DNA from: Thermomicrobiales bacterium
GTDB taxonomy: Bacteria > Chloroflexota > Chloroflexia > Thermomicrobiales > UBA6265
Length of the DNA stretch: 45,425 nt
Reading direction: 5' to 3'
Assembly: GCA_047605145.1 (NCBI GenBank)
Contig: JASGGF010000001.1
Coordinates: 1 to 45,425, forward strand
A program made the translations under genes and the position numbers. The notes beneath the pieces were generated by a model. That model was not told where the DNA came from. It was given only the letters and a program-made list of their open reading frames with translations, and ran no database searches. This document shows positions 26,400 through 35,419 of this stretch, piece after piece (position 1 is the stretch's first letter; each line of letters starts with the position of its first letter).

Positions 26400-27341
26400 A
26401 TGGTTCTGGAATCGCCGGGAGCGCCGGCAACGGACAAGCCAGCGGTGAAGCGCGTCGCTTCCGGGACGTGGGCGGCCAGCGGCATGTTCCGCTACGGCAT
26501 GACCTTGCCGACCATTCTGGCCCTCGTGCTGGTGGTCGGGTTCCCGCTGGCGTTCGCGCTGTTTGTCTCCACGCACGCGTATGACCTGACCGAGGGCGGC
26601 ATCGGGGAGTTCACCGGCTGGCAAAACTACGCCCGCACCCTCAGCGACGACCTGTTCGCCAACGCCGCGCGCAACACGGTGGTGCTGGCGATCAGCGTGG
26701 TCATCATCGAGCTGATCGTGGCGCTGGGGCTGTCGCTGCTGCTGAACCAGCCGGGCTTGCGCTTCCGCAACGTCTATCTGGCGATCCTGCTCATCCCGCT
26801 GCTGATCAGCCCCATCGCGGTGGGCATGATCTGGCGGCTGTTGCTCCATCCGGAGCTGGGCGCCATCAACTGGGTTTTCGGGCTGGCGGGCTTGCCGAAA
26901 CAGGAGTGGCTTTCCGGGCAGGCGACCGCCATGCCGACCATCGTCGGGGTGGATGTCTGGCACGAGACATCGCTCATGATCGTGGTGATTCTCGCCGGGC
27001 TGACCGCGCTGCCGCGCGATCCCATCGAGGCGGCGGCGGTGGATGGCGCGACCGGTTGGCAGACGCTGCGCACAATTACGCTGCCGCTCCTGACGCCGGT
27101 GCTGGTGGTGGCGGTGCTGATCCGCCTGATTGCCGCTATGAAAACGTACGACCTGATCTACATCCTGACGCGGGGCGGACCCGGCAGCGCCACCGAGACG
27201 ATTTCGTACCTGATCTGGAAGAACGCCTTCACCTCGCTGGACATGGGGCGTTCGGCGGCGGCGTCATTCCTGCTGCTGCTGGCGATCCTCGGGTTGACGA
27301 TCGTGCTAGTGCGCGTAACCAAGGCCGGCAATCAGCCGTAG
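26400..27341 (+). CDS. ABC transporter permease, MalF-like (CUT1)
   Basis: Six-TM pattern and EAA loop LPRDPIEAAAVDGATGWQTLRTITLPLLTP. Confidence 0.88.
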   Translation: MVLESPGAPATDKPAVKRVASGTWAASGMFRYGMTLPTILALVLVVGFPLAFALFVSTHAYDLTEGGIGEFTGWQNYARTLSDDLFANAARNTVVLAISVVIIELIVALGLSLLLNQPGLRFRNVYLAILLIPLLISPIAVGMIWRLLLHPELGAINWVFGLAGLPKQEWLSGQATAMPTIVGVDVWHETSLMIVVILAGLTALPRDPIEAAAVDGATGWQTLRTITLPLLTPVLVVAVLIRLIAAMKTYDLIYILTRGGPGSATETISYLIWKNAFTSLDMGRSAAASFLLLLAILGLTIVLVRVTKAGNQP

Positions 27342-27413
27342 ACCCGGTGCTACACTCGCGGCACTGACGCTGCGTCAGCCAATCCCCCGCGCGATTCAGG
27401 GAGTTTCCGCACC

Positions 27414-27920
27414 GTGACCAGTGTCGATTCCAATCCAGCTACGTCGCGGGTGATCATCTCCGATGGCCCCGAGCATCGGCCCGTGCAGGGCGAAGAACTG
27501 CTGCAGGCCGACGCGCGCGATGTCAACGCGGCGGTTGTCAACATGGAGCGTGCTGGCGCCGAGCACATCACGGCTGAGCGCGTGATGATGAACAACTCCG
27601 GCGCGCGCTCCATCGACGCGAAGTCGGCGCAGATCGACCGCTCCGGCATCCTCGGGCTGAAGAGCGAAAAGGCGGTGTTCTACAACTCTACAGCGATGGC
27701 AGTGAGCACCGACGAGGCCCGGGTCGTGAATGGCAAGGTGCTGCTGATGCGCGCTGAGGCCGTCAAGGTCGAGGGCGCCGCGAAGATCGGGGTACTCGCT
27801 GGGCCGGCCTGCGAGGCGGTGCGGCCGCTCGTCGATGTGAAGGGCGCGGCCACGTTCGGGGCGGCGCTGGGGCTGGCGTTCGCGTTGCTCGGGGCGATAC
27901 TGCGCCGGGCCAGCCGGTAA
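27414..27920 (+). CDS. hypothetical protein with periodic (possibly beta-solenoid-like) core and C-terminal TM anchor
   Basis: GTG start with GGGAG 10 nt upstream. The coding-like sequence has a repeating pattern of small and hydrophobic residues. C-terminal hydrophobic segment FGAALGLAFALLGAIL followed by RRASR. Confidence 0.5.
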   Translation: MTSVDSNPATSRVIISDGPEHRPVQGEELLQADARDVNAAVVNMERAGAEHITAERVMMNNSGARSIDAKSAQIDRSGILGLKSEKAVFYNSTAMAVSTDEARVVNGKVLLMRAEAVKVEGAAKIGVLAGPACEAVRPLVDVKGAATFGAALGLAFALLGAILRRASR

Positions 27921-27939
27921 CCGGGAGCAGGAGCAAACG

Positions 27940-28284
27940 ATGGGCGCATTGGGCCGGCTGGGTGCATTTGTTGGGGGTGCGTTGCTGGGCGCAGGGATTG
28001 GCGCGGTGGTCGCCACGCTGACAGCACCGCAGAGTGGTGACGACCTGAAGAATGGCGTCGTCAACCGCATTGACCGCGTGCGGGTGGCGGGCGTCGAGGC
28101 GCAGTCGCGGACGGAAGAGGAGATGATCCGCCGCTTCCGGGCCGACACCAACGACGCAGCGGCGCTACGCGACAGCGAGACGCAATCAAAGGTCGAGGCG
28201 GCGCAGGCGCTGGCGGGCATCGCGAAGGCGCGAAGCTCCACCATTTCCGGCATCACCAGCCAGCCAAGGATCACACACTGGTAG
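27940..28284 (+). CDS. YtxH-like membrane-anchored protein
   Basis: N-terminal Gly-rich TM segment followed by LTAPQSGDDLKNG, resembling the YtxH LFAPKSGKE motif. The remainder is predicted helical and charged. Confidence 0.6.
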   Translation: MGALGRLGAFVGGALLGAGIGAVVATLTAPQSGDDLKNGVVNRIDRVRVAGVEAQSRTEEEMIRRFRADTNDAAALRDSETQSKVEAAQALAGIAKARSSTISGITSQPRITHW

Positions 28285-28463
28285 CCAATTTCCCCATCTG
28301 ACTTGCGAAAAAGTGAAACGCCGGGGAAACTCCGTGCAGCGGATGCCGCAGGGCTGGCCGACGCTTGCAGTGAGCGTCTCCGGTACATGACGTGCCAACG
28401 GCGGCACAGGAGGATCAGAAACTCGTGACCGACACGCTGGATCGGCCGAAAACCGGTTTCGAC

Positions 28464-30140
28464 ATGCGGCACAAGAGCCGCGTCATTCTCGATGGCAACG
28501 ACCGCGCCGGCGCTCGCGCCATGCTCAAGGGCACCGGCTTCGACGATGATGACCTGAAGCGGCCGATTATCGGCGTGGCGCACTGCTGGATCGAGACCAT
28601 GCCGTGCAACCTGAACCAGCGCGAGCTGGCGCAGCACGTCAAGGAAGGGATCCGGGCCGCGGGCGGCACGCCACAGGAACTCAACACCATCTCCATCTCC
28701 GACGGTGTGACCATGGGCACCGAGGGTATGAAGTCCTCGCTGATCTCGCGCGAGGTAATCGCCGATTCGGTTGAGCTGGTGGCGCGCGGCCACATGTTCG
28801 ACGCCATGGTGCTGATCGGCGCCTGCGACAAGACGCTGCCGGGTCTGGCGATGGCGCTGGTGCGCCTGAACATCCCGGGCGTGCTGCTGTACGGCGGTTC
28901 GATCATGCCGGGCCACTGGCACGACAAGGAAGTGACGGTTCGCTCCGTCTACGAGGCAATTGGCGCGAACTCTGCCGGCAAGCTTAGCGATGCGGAGCTG
29001 ATCGACCTCGAAAACGTCGCCTGCCCGGGCGCGGGCGCCTGCGGCGGCCAGTACACGGCGAACACGATGGCGATGGCGATGGAGTTCATCGGTCTCTCTC
29101 CGATGGGCTCGGCCTCGGCGCCGGCCGTCGATTCGCGCAAGAACGCGATTGGCAAGGAAGTCGGCACGCAGATCATGGACATCCTGAGCCGGGGCGTGCT
29201 GCCGAAGGATATTCTCACCCGCGAGGCGTTCGAGAACGCTATCGCCGGCGTGGCAGCATCGGGCGGCTCCACCAACAGCGTGCTGCACCTGATCGCGCTG
29301 GCGCGAGAGACGGGCGTCGAACTCGATATTGACGACTTCGATGAGATCTCTCGCCGCACGCCGCTCTTCTGCGACATGATGCCGGGCGGCAAGTACTCTG
29401 CGTTCGACCTCGACCTCGCCGGCGGCACGCCAGTGGTTGCCAAGCGCATGGTGGACGCCGGTCTCGTGCACGGCGACGCCATGACGGTGACTGGGCAGAC
29501 CTTCGCCGAGGCGGCGGCCAACGCCAAGGAGACCCCGGGGCAGGACGTGGTGCACCCGGTCGATGAGCCAATCAAGGAGACCGGCGGCCTCGTGATCCTG
29601 AAGGGCAACATTGCGCCGAACGGCGCGGTGGTCAAGCTCTTCGGGTACGAGCGCGAGCAGCACGTCGGCCCGGCCCGCGTCTTCGACTCCGAGCCGGCCG
29701 CGCACCACGCGGTGCTGGATCGCCAGATCAACCCCGGCGACGTGGTGGTGATCCGCTACGAAGGCCCGGTTGGCGGCCCCGGCATGCAGGAGATGCTGGG
29801 CGTGACGGCCAGCATCGTGGGTCAGGGGCTTGGCGACTCCGTGGCGCTGATCACCGATGGCCGGTTCAGCGGCGCGACCAAGGGCCTGATGATCGGGCAC
29901 ATTGCGCCGGAAGCCGGCGTGGGCGGCCCGCTGGCGGCGATCCGCGAGGGCGACATCATCAAGATCGACACCCCGGCGCGCGCCCTGAATGTCGATCTCA
30001 GCGACGAGGAAATCGCCGAGCGGCTAAAGGATTGGACACCGCGCAAGCCGGAGAACCCGGCAGGCGTGTGGGCCAAGTACGCCAAGCTGGTGCAGCAGGC
30101 GGATCAGGGCGCCATCACGTTGGTGACGTGGGACGACTGA
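28464..30140 (+). CDS. ilvD: dihydroxy-acid dehydratase
   Basis: [31 protein letters not shown] and CDKTLPG motifs. ATG 28464 gives a canonical short-form IlvD N-terminus. Alternative upstream starts are GTG 28425 (AGGAGGA 10 nt upstream) and 28392. Confidence 0.93.
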   Translation: MRHKSRVILDGNDRAGARAMLKGTGFDDDDLKRPIIGVAHCWIETMPCNLNQRELAQHVKEGIRAAGGTPQELNTISISDGVTMGTEGMKSSLISREVIADSVELVARGHMFDAMVLIGACDKTLPGLAMALVRLNIPGVLLYGGSIMPGHWHDKEVTVRSVYEAIGANSAGKLSDAELIDLENVACPGAGACGGQYTANTMAMAMEFIGLSPMGSASAPAVDSRKNAIGKEVGTQIMDILSRGVLPKDILTREAFENAIAGVAASGGSTNSVLHLIALARETGVELDIDDFDEISRRTPLFCDMMPGGKYSAFDLDLAGGTPVVAKRMVDAGLVHGDAMTVTGQTFAEAAANAKETPGQDVVHPVDEPIKETGGLVILKGNIAPNGAVVKLFGYEREQHVGPARVFDSEPAAHHAVLDRQINPGDVVVIRYEGPVGGPGMQEMLGVTASIVGQGLGDSVALITDGRFSGATKGLMIGHIAPEAGVGGPLAAIREGDIIKIDTPARALNVDLSDEEIAERLKDWTPRKPENPAGVWAKYAKLVQQADQGAITLVTWDD

Positions 30141-30170
30141 GGCCGAAGACTCGTTTTTGACTGGTCATTC

Positions 30171-30200
30171 CCCCGCTGGAGCACGCTCCAGCGGGGTTTT
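30171..30200 (+). terminator. Rho-independent terminator of ilvD
   Basis: Stem CCCCGCTGGAGC / GCTCCAGCGGGG (30171..30182 / 30185..30196) followed by TTTT (30197..30200). Confidence 0.8.
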
Positions 30201-30252
30201 CCGACTCTGGCCTTGCCGCTCAGGTGTCGGGGTGCTTTTCGGCAGTGGCCGG

Positions 30253-31074
30253 TTACCCCGGCAGGTCGCGTTGGTGGAAGACGGCCCAGCCCGCGATGAA
30301 CGCCAGTCCGCCGGTGATGAGCAAGGTGGAGACGGCACGCGGGTCAGCGACGCCGTTGACAAGCGTGGGCGTAGGCGTGAAGTACTCGAAGAGCGAGAGA
30401 AACAGCACGCGCTCCAGCGGCTTCCAGACGCCCGCAAAATAGTCAATGAAGTACGAGATTAGCAGGAGCCCCAGTGACCACCCAACGACCCGCCCGGCGT
30501 TGCTTGCTGCTGCGCTGAAGAGCAATGAAAGCCCGGCGATGGCCCAGAGCAGGGCGAACGTGTCGATGCCGACGGCGACAAGGTGACCAGCCGGGAAGGG
30601 GCCGGGATCGGCGTACGCAAGTCCGGCCAGCATCCCGACCGGCCCCACCACGGACACAATGAGGCAGATAAACGATGCGCCAGCGACGCACGACAGGTAT
30701 ACGGTCGTGCGGGAGATGTCCCGTGAGAGCGGGATCTGCAGCGAGCCACTGGCCATTTCGCCAGCCAGCACGCGGGCGGTGTAGCTGATGACGGCGGCCC
30801 CGGCCATGACGATAAAGATGGGGTGCGTGAAGCCGAGCGAGAGGTAGCCGGGCAAGCCGGTCATAGCGAGGAACTCGGGCCGCGTACGGGCGAACGCCTG
30901 AAAGGCGGGCGGCACGCGCGACATGATCGCGTCCATGGCGCCGGCGCCGCCGAACGAGGCAATCACCAGCGGCTGCACGAACGTGAAGGCGGCGATAGCG
31001 GCGCACAGTGCGGCAAGGCCAGTCAGTCCGCGCCGGATGCCGCGCCACGTCAGGGTCAGGAGTGTCGCGCTCAC
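30253..31074 (-). CDS. ABC-2 type transporter permease
   Basis: 273 aa multi-TM protein. Its GTG start overlaps the stop of the upstream ABC ATPase gene (GTGA). Confidence 0.75.
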   Translation of the reverse strand: MSATLLTLTWRGIRRGLTGLAALCAAIAAFTFVQPLVIASFGGAGAMDAIMSRVPPAFQAFARTRPEFLAMTGLPGYLSLGFTHPIFIVMAGAAVISYTARVLAGEMASGSLQIPLSRDISRTTVYLSCVAGASFICLIVSVVGPVGMLAGLAYADPGPFPAGHLVAVGIDTFALLWAIAGLSLLFSAAASNAGRVVGWSLGLLLISYFIDYFAGVWKPLERVLFLSLFEYFTPTPTLVNGVADPRAVSTLLITGGLAFIAGWAVFHQRDLPG

Positions 31075-31979
31075 CTGGTCGGCCCGGCAGGCTCTGACGG
31101 CGCGTAGAACTCGTGGAAAACCTGCTCCAACGTGGGGCGTGAGATCAGGACGTCCGCGACGTCGCCACGGGCGGCGAGGGCGTGCAGGAGCGGGTGCAGG
31201 TTGCCGCGCACCGTGAGGTGCAAGGTGGTATCGTCGCGCTGCGTCACGCTAACGCCGGGCGCGGTGAGGTCCGAGGGCGCCGCGCCCGCGAACTGCACCT
31301 CGACCATGCGCTGCTGGCGGGCCGTGAGTTCGGAGATGGCGGCTTCCGCGACGATCTTGCCCGCGCGGATGATGGCGACGCGCTGGCAGAGGCGCTCCAC
31401 CTCAGCCAAATCATGCGACGACATGAAGATCGTCGTGCCCTGTTGGCGCAACTCGATGATCACGTCATCGAAGGCCCGCTGCATGAGCGGATCGAGACCA
31501 TCGGTAGGTTCATCCAGAATCAGCAGGCGGGAATTCGTCTGCATGCAGGCTGTCAGCGCCAGTTTCTGCTTCATTCCCTTTGAATAGCCCCGAATGGGCC
31601 GGGCTAACGCCGCCGCGCTCAGCTCCAGCGCCTCCAGCAGGTGGGGTCGCAACGTGGGCGGACGGCGGCTCAAGGTGGCGGCGTAGTCCAGCAGGGACGC
31701 GCCGCTCATATCGGGATAGAGCGTATCAGCGGTGGTGAGAAAGCCAAGTTCGCGGCGGGCTGCCACGCCATCGCGCCAGCAGTCGTGCCCGAACAGGGCG
31801 CTGGTCCCGGCGGTGGGGCGCACGAACCCGAGCAGGGTGCGAATCGTGGTGGTTTTTCCTGCCCCGTTTGGCCCGAGGAACCCGTAGATCTCGCCCTGAC
31901 CCACCGTCAGGGAGATCGCATCCAGCGCCGTCACGGCGCCATAACGCTTGGTCAGGTTACGCACGGCAATGACTTCCAC
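31071..31979 (-). CDS. ABC transporter ATP-binding protein (ABC-2/drug-exporter type)
   Basis: Walker A GPNGAGKTT, signature YSKGMKQKL, Walker B LLILDEPTDGLD. In-frame GTG 31979. The upstream part of track ORF 31071..33356 is an antisense shadow of the dehydrogenase gene. Confidence 0.9.
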   Translation of the reverse strand: MEVIAVRNLTKRYGAVTALDAISLTVGQGEIYGFLGPNGAGKTTTIRTLLGFVRPTAGTSALFGHDCWRDGVAARRELGFLTTADTLYPDMSGASLLDYAATLSRRPPTLRPHLLEALELSAAALARPIRGYSKGMKQKLALTACMQTNSRLLILDEPTDGLDPLMQRAFDDVIIELRQQGTTIFMSSHDLAEVERLCQRVAIIRAGKIVAEAAISELTARQQRMVEVQFAGAAPSDLTAPGVSVTQRDDTTLHLTVRGNLHPLLHALAARGDVADVLISRPTLEQVFHEFYAPSEPAGPTR

Positions 31980-32093
31980 GCCCTGAGCGTAGCACTGGCG
32001 AAGGCTGCGGCCAACGCGTGGCGATACCGTCGCGGCGTGCGATGATGTCCGGCAGCGACGATGCGCGCGGCCAGTGAGGGAGAGAGCAACACC

Positions 32094-33044
32094 ATGCCTG
32101 AAACTGAACCAACTTCCGTTGTCCTGCCAAAGGTGGCGATGATTGGCGTGGGGACGATGGGGCGGCAGATCGCGGCGCTGACCGCGACCAGCGGGCGCAG
32201 CGTGGTGCTGTGGGACGCCAGCGCGGAGATGCTGGCGGCTGCGCCGGACCGTATCCGCGAGGAAACGGCGACGCTGCCCACCGCGCCGAGATACGCGCAC
32301 CATCAGTTCACGGTGGCGCCGCCAGCGGATATCGCGGAGATGGTCGGCCGCATTCGCCTCGCTGATTCCCTCGCCGATGCGGTGGGCGATGCCGATCTGG
32401 TCATCGAGGCAGTGCGGGAAGATCTGGAGACCAAGCGCACGCTGTTTGCCGAGATGTCGCAGCTGGCGCCGCAAGCGATTCTCTCGACGAACAGTTCCTC
32501 GATTCCCTCCAGCCTGATTGCCTCTGCGGCGGAGGATCCGGGCCGGGTGCTGAACACGCACTTTTTCGCACCGATCTGGAGCCGGCCGATGCTGGAGATC
32601 ATGAGCTGCGGCGAGACGCGGCCGGAGGTGCTGGACGAGGTTCAGCAGTTCGGGAAGTCGCTGGGGCTGGCGACGGCCATGGTGCGCGGCGATAGCAAGG
32701 GCTTCATCATCAACCGTGTCTGGCGGGCGGTGAAGCGCGAATCGCTCCGCGTGGTCGATGAGGGTCACGCCGATCCCGCCGACGTGGACCGGCTGTGGAT
32801 GCTCTTCTTCGGTGCGCCGTTCGGGCCGTTCGGGATCATGGACATGGTCGGGCTGGATGTCGTCGCCGACATCGAGACCTCGTATCAGGTGGTGGCCACC
32901 GACCCGGCGGACCAGCCTTCGCGGATGCTGCACGGCAAGGTGGCGGCCGGGGAACTCGGCGAGAAATCGGGGCGCGGATTTTACTCGCACCCCGATCCGG
33001 AGTATCTGCAGCCGGGCTGGCTGCTGGGCGACGACGACGAGTAG
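32094..33044 (+). CDS. 3-hydroxyacyl-CoA (3-hydroxybutyryl-CoA) dehydrogenase family protein
   Basis: N-terminal VAMIGVGTMGRQIA Rossmann motif. Family motifs EAVREDLETKR, NSSSIP, HFFAP and GFIINRV. GGGAGAGAG lies upstream of ATG 32094. Confidence 0.85.
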   Translation: MPETEPTSVVLPKVAMIGVGTMGRQIAALTATSGRSVVLWDASAEMLAAAPDRIREETATLPTAPRYAHHQFTVAPPADIAEMVGRIRLADSLADAVGDADLVIEAVREDLETKRTLFAEMSQLAPQAILSTNSSSIPSSLIASAAEDPGRVLNTHFFAPIWSRPMLEIMSCGETRPEVLDEVQQFGKSLGLATAMVRGDSKGFIINRVWRAVKRESLRVVDEGHADPADVDRLWMLFFGAPFGPFGIMDMVGLDVVADIETSYQVVATDPADQPSRMLHGKVAAGELGEKSGRGFYSHPDPEYLQPGWLLGDDDE

Positions 33045-33051
33045 GGCGTCG

Positions 33052-33927
33052 CTAGTCCTCGCTGCCGGGATCGGCAACGGGGGTGGCCGCATTGTCCAGC
33101 TTGTATCGGGCTTTCGGTCCGCTCCCCTTGCCCTCACCTGCCGCGCGCTTGTTCCGCCGGTAGCCCGTTTCGGTGGCGCGAGGGAGCGCGTAGTAGAAGG
33201 TATATTCCCGCCGGTGGGGAGGGCGCGCCTGAAACACCACCGGGTACCCAGCGGTGCGCAAGAGCCGCATGAGTGACTCTTCGGTGTGGCGAAACGACGT
33301 TTCGTTCCCCCACGAGGCGGTGGCAACCTCATCGCGCTCTTCACGCGTGTCACCATGCTCCTTGATCAGCATGCCTTCGTACTCGTCGACCGTGTCGACG
33401 ATTGCGGAGGCAATGCGCGTGTCGATCAGGAGCGGTGTGCCCGCGCACTTGCGGAGGAGCGCCAGCTGATCGGGTACTTCGAGGTGGTGGAGCAACCCCA
33501 GAATGCAGATCAGATCGAAATCGCCGCGGCCAATCGCATAGTCGCGAATGTCTGATTGCACGAAGGTGACGGCATCGAGGAGCCGGGCCAGTTCCGGTTG
33601 CGTGGCGGCGTCGTACTCCGGCCACCGGACCTTCCGGGCGTCAACGGCAGTGACCTGCCACCCGAGGCTGGCCGCGCTCATCGAGAAATTGCCCTTGCCG
33701 GCGCCCAGATCGAGGAGCCTGCCGGGCTGCATCGGCGCCAGCACTGCCTCGAAAATGCGGCCCTTGTTCAGATTGCCGTCTGGCTCCGGCAGGCCGTGGG
33801 TCTTGACGACTTCTTGCTGATTAACGCCCTTGCGGCGGCGGACCTGCCGGCTCTCTGCGCCGGACTCCACGTCCTGCTCGCTGACGTCGTCGGCCTTCTG
33901 TTTCTTGCGTGTACGCGGCGCCTCCAA
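33052..33927 (-). CDS. class I SAM-dependent methyltransferase with basic N- and C-terminal tails
   Basis: SAM motif I LLDLGAGKGNFS, an acidic residue after strand 2 (VTAVDA) and motif ICILGLLHHL. Lys/Arg-rich N-terminus (RTRKKQK...RRRK) and C-terminus. Confidence 0.75.
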   Translation of the reverse strand: MEAPRTRKKQKADDVSEQDVESGAESRQVRRRKGVNQQEVVKTHGLPEPDGNLNKGRIFEAVLAPMQPGRLLDLGAGKGNFSMSAASLGWQVTAVDARKVRWPEYDAATQPELARLLDAVTFVQSDIRDYAIGRGDFDLICILGLLHHLEVPDQLALLRKCAGTPLLIDTRIASAIVDTVDEYEGMLIKEHGDTREERDEVATASWGNETSFRHTEESLMRLLRTAGYPVVFQARPPHRREYTFYYALPRATETGYRRNKRAAGEGKGSGPKARYKLDNAATPVADPGSED

Positions 33928-34057
33928 GATCGGGATCCTCCATTGTCGTAACTGTTCCGTTTGCGGTCACGGTACTACCATTCCGCGCCGGCCGTGCAGC
34001 CCCCGCAGTTGTGCCGTCGCTGGCTTCCGGCTATCACGTGAAAAGGTATTGCGCTTC

Positions 34058-35407
34058 ATGCCGTCGTCATCGCAACGCCTGTCGCTGCTCAAGCATCCTG
34101 ACCAACTCGTCCCCATGCTCGCGGCGGAGCTCTCCGCCGCTCGTGGCGAGCCGATCACCTTGCACCAGTGCGTGATCGATTACGTCAGGCAGTCGGCCAC
34201 GCGCACCAGTGTGCAATACACCCTCGATCTCGAGGATGCCAGAGGCGCGCGCGGACAGCAGGTGATCACGGCGGTCGGCTATGGCGACGACCGCACGGAG
34301 CAGCAATGGGAGCGCATCCGGGACGACATCTGGGACGCTACCGCTCCGGTTGGGCAATTCCAGCTGCCGGGCGCGAGCTATTCTGCGACGCTCGATGTGA
34401 TCCTGCAGGTGTTCCCCTTTGATTTTCGTTTGCCGGGACTGCGCCAATTGGTGTTGGGTAACCCCACCGCCCTCGCGCGAATCGGCGCCAATCTGGGCGC
34501 AGCGCAGGTGACATCGTGGGAGGCAGAGGTCGCGCGCTACCGTCCAGACATGCGGGCCATGGCTCGGGTTCGCGCCGGTGGGCTGGATGCGCTCGGGCAG
34601 CCGGTTGCACGCACAGTGTATGCAAAAACCTACCGCGACAATGACGAGGGCCAGCGCGCGTTTGACCTCCTGACCGCGTTTGCGCGCTGGTCTGCCGATC
34701 CGGGGGTGTTCAGCGTGCCGGAACCACTGGCCTATCACCCCGATCTGCAAACGCTGGTGCTGGCGGAAGCGCCGGGCACGCGGCTGCTGGACATCGTGCG
34801 GCAGCACGATCCCGGAGAGGCGGCAGCGGCCGTACGTCGTGCTGCGCGGGCGGTGGCCGCCATGCACCGGGCTCCGGTCAGGGGCCCATTGCTGACCGAG
34901 ATGGCCCATGACAAGGACGCCCAGTTTTCGGATGTTGCCGCCAACCTGATGTCGAGTTACCCCCAGATGGCGGCGGAGATTGCGGATGTCGCCGGTGAGA
35001 TCACGGCAGTGTTCGAGGAGCCGGAACTGAGCCCCACGCACTACGACCTGAAGCAGGGGCACATTCTGATCGATGACGGCGCAACCACCATTCTGGACTT
35101 TGACAAGATGGCGCTGGGCGATCCACTGATCGACGTTGCCAATGTGGTCGCTACGCTGGGCGCCGAGCGCGAGGGGAGCGCGAAGCGCGCGGCGCGCCGG
35201 GGTAATCTGGCCGGGGTGTTCGTCGAGGAGTACTTCGCCGCCGTTCCGTCCGAATGGGCGCCGCTGTTCCCGGCGCATCTGGCGCGGGCCACCCTACTGG
35301 AGGCCGGCACGACGGGACGCAGCCAGCGGGGCCGCAAGAGTACGTCTCGCCCCGAGGAGCGGCTGGAGTTTGCGCTCGGTCGCGCGCGCGAGGCGCTTGC
35401 CTCCTGA
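34058..35407 (+). CDS. aminoglycoside-phosphotransferase-fold (APH/choline-kinase-like) kinase with about 170-aa N-terminal extension
   Basis: Catalytic loop HYDLKQGHILID and metal-binding ILDFD. ATG 34058 lies in frame within track ORF 33830..35407. Confidence 0.7.
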   Translation: MPSSSQRLSLLKHPDQLVPMLAAELSAARGEPITLHQCVIDYVRQSATRTSVQYTLDLEDARGARGQQVITAVGYGDDRTEQQWERIRDDIWDATAPVGQFQLPGASYSATLDVILQVFPFDFRLPGLRQLVLGNPTALARIGANLGAAQVTSWEAEVARYRPDMRAMARVRAGGLDALGQPVARTVYAKTYRDNDEGQRAFDLLTAFARWSADPGVFSVPEPLAYHPDLQTLVLAEAPGTRLLDIVRQHDPGEAAAAVRRAARAVAAMHRAPVRGPLLTEMAHDKDAQFSDVAANLMSSYPQMAAEIADVAGEITAVFEEPELSPTHYDLKQGHILIDDGATTILDFDKMALGDPLIDVANVVATLGAEREGSAKRAARRGNLAGVFVEEYFAAVPSEWAPLFPAHLARATLLEAGTTGRSQRGRKSTSRPEERLEFALGRAREALAS

Positions 35408-35419
35408 GTGAAGCCGGGA

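Noticed and set aside
24847-26430. 527-aa minus-strand ORF
   Set aside because: It is antisense to SBP-2, with Arg/His/Gly-rich shadow-frame composition.
27396-29900. 834-aa minus-strand ORF
   Set aside because: It is antisense to ilvD and the two small membrane-protein genes, has no motifs, and shows shadow-frame composition.
31980-33356. Upstream ~460 codons of the 761-aa minus-strand ORF 31071..33356
   Set aside because: This part is antisense to the 3-hydroxyacyl-CoA dehydrogenase gene. The ABC ATPase domain starts at GTG 31979 with a normal N-terminus.
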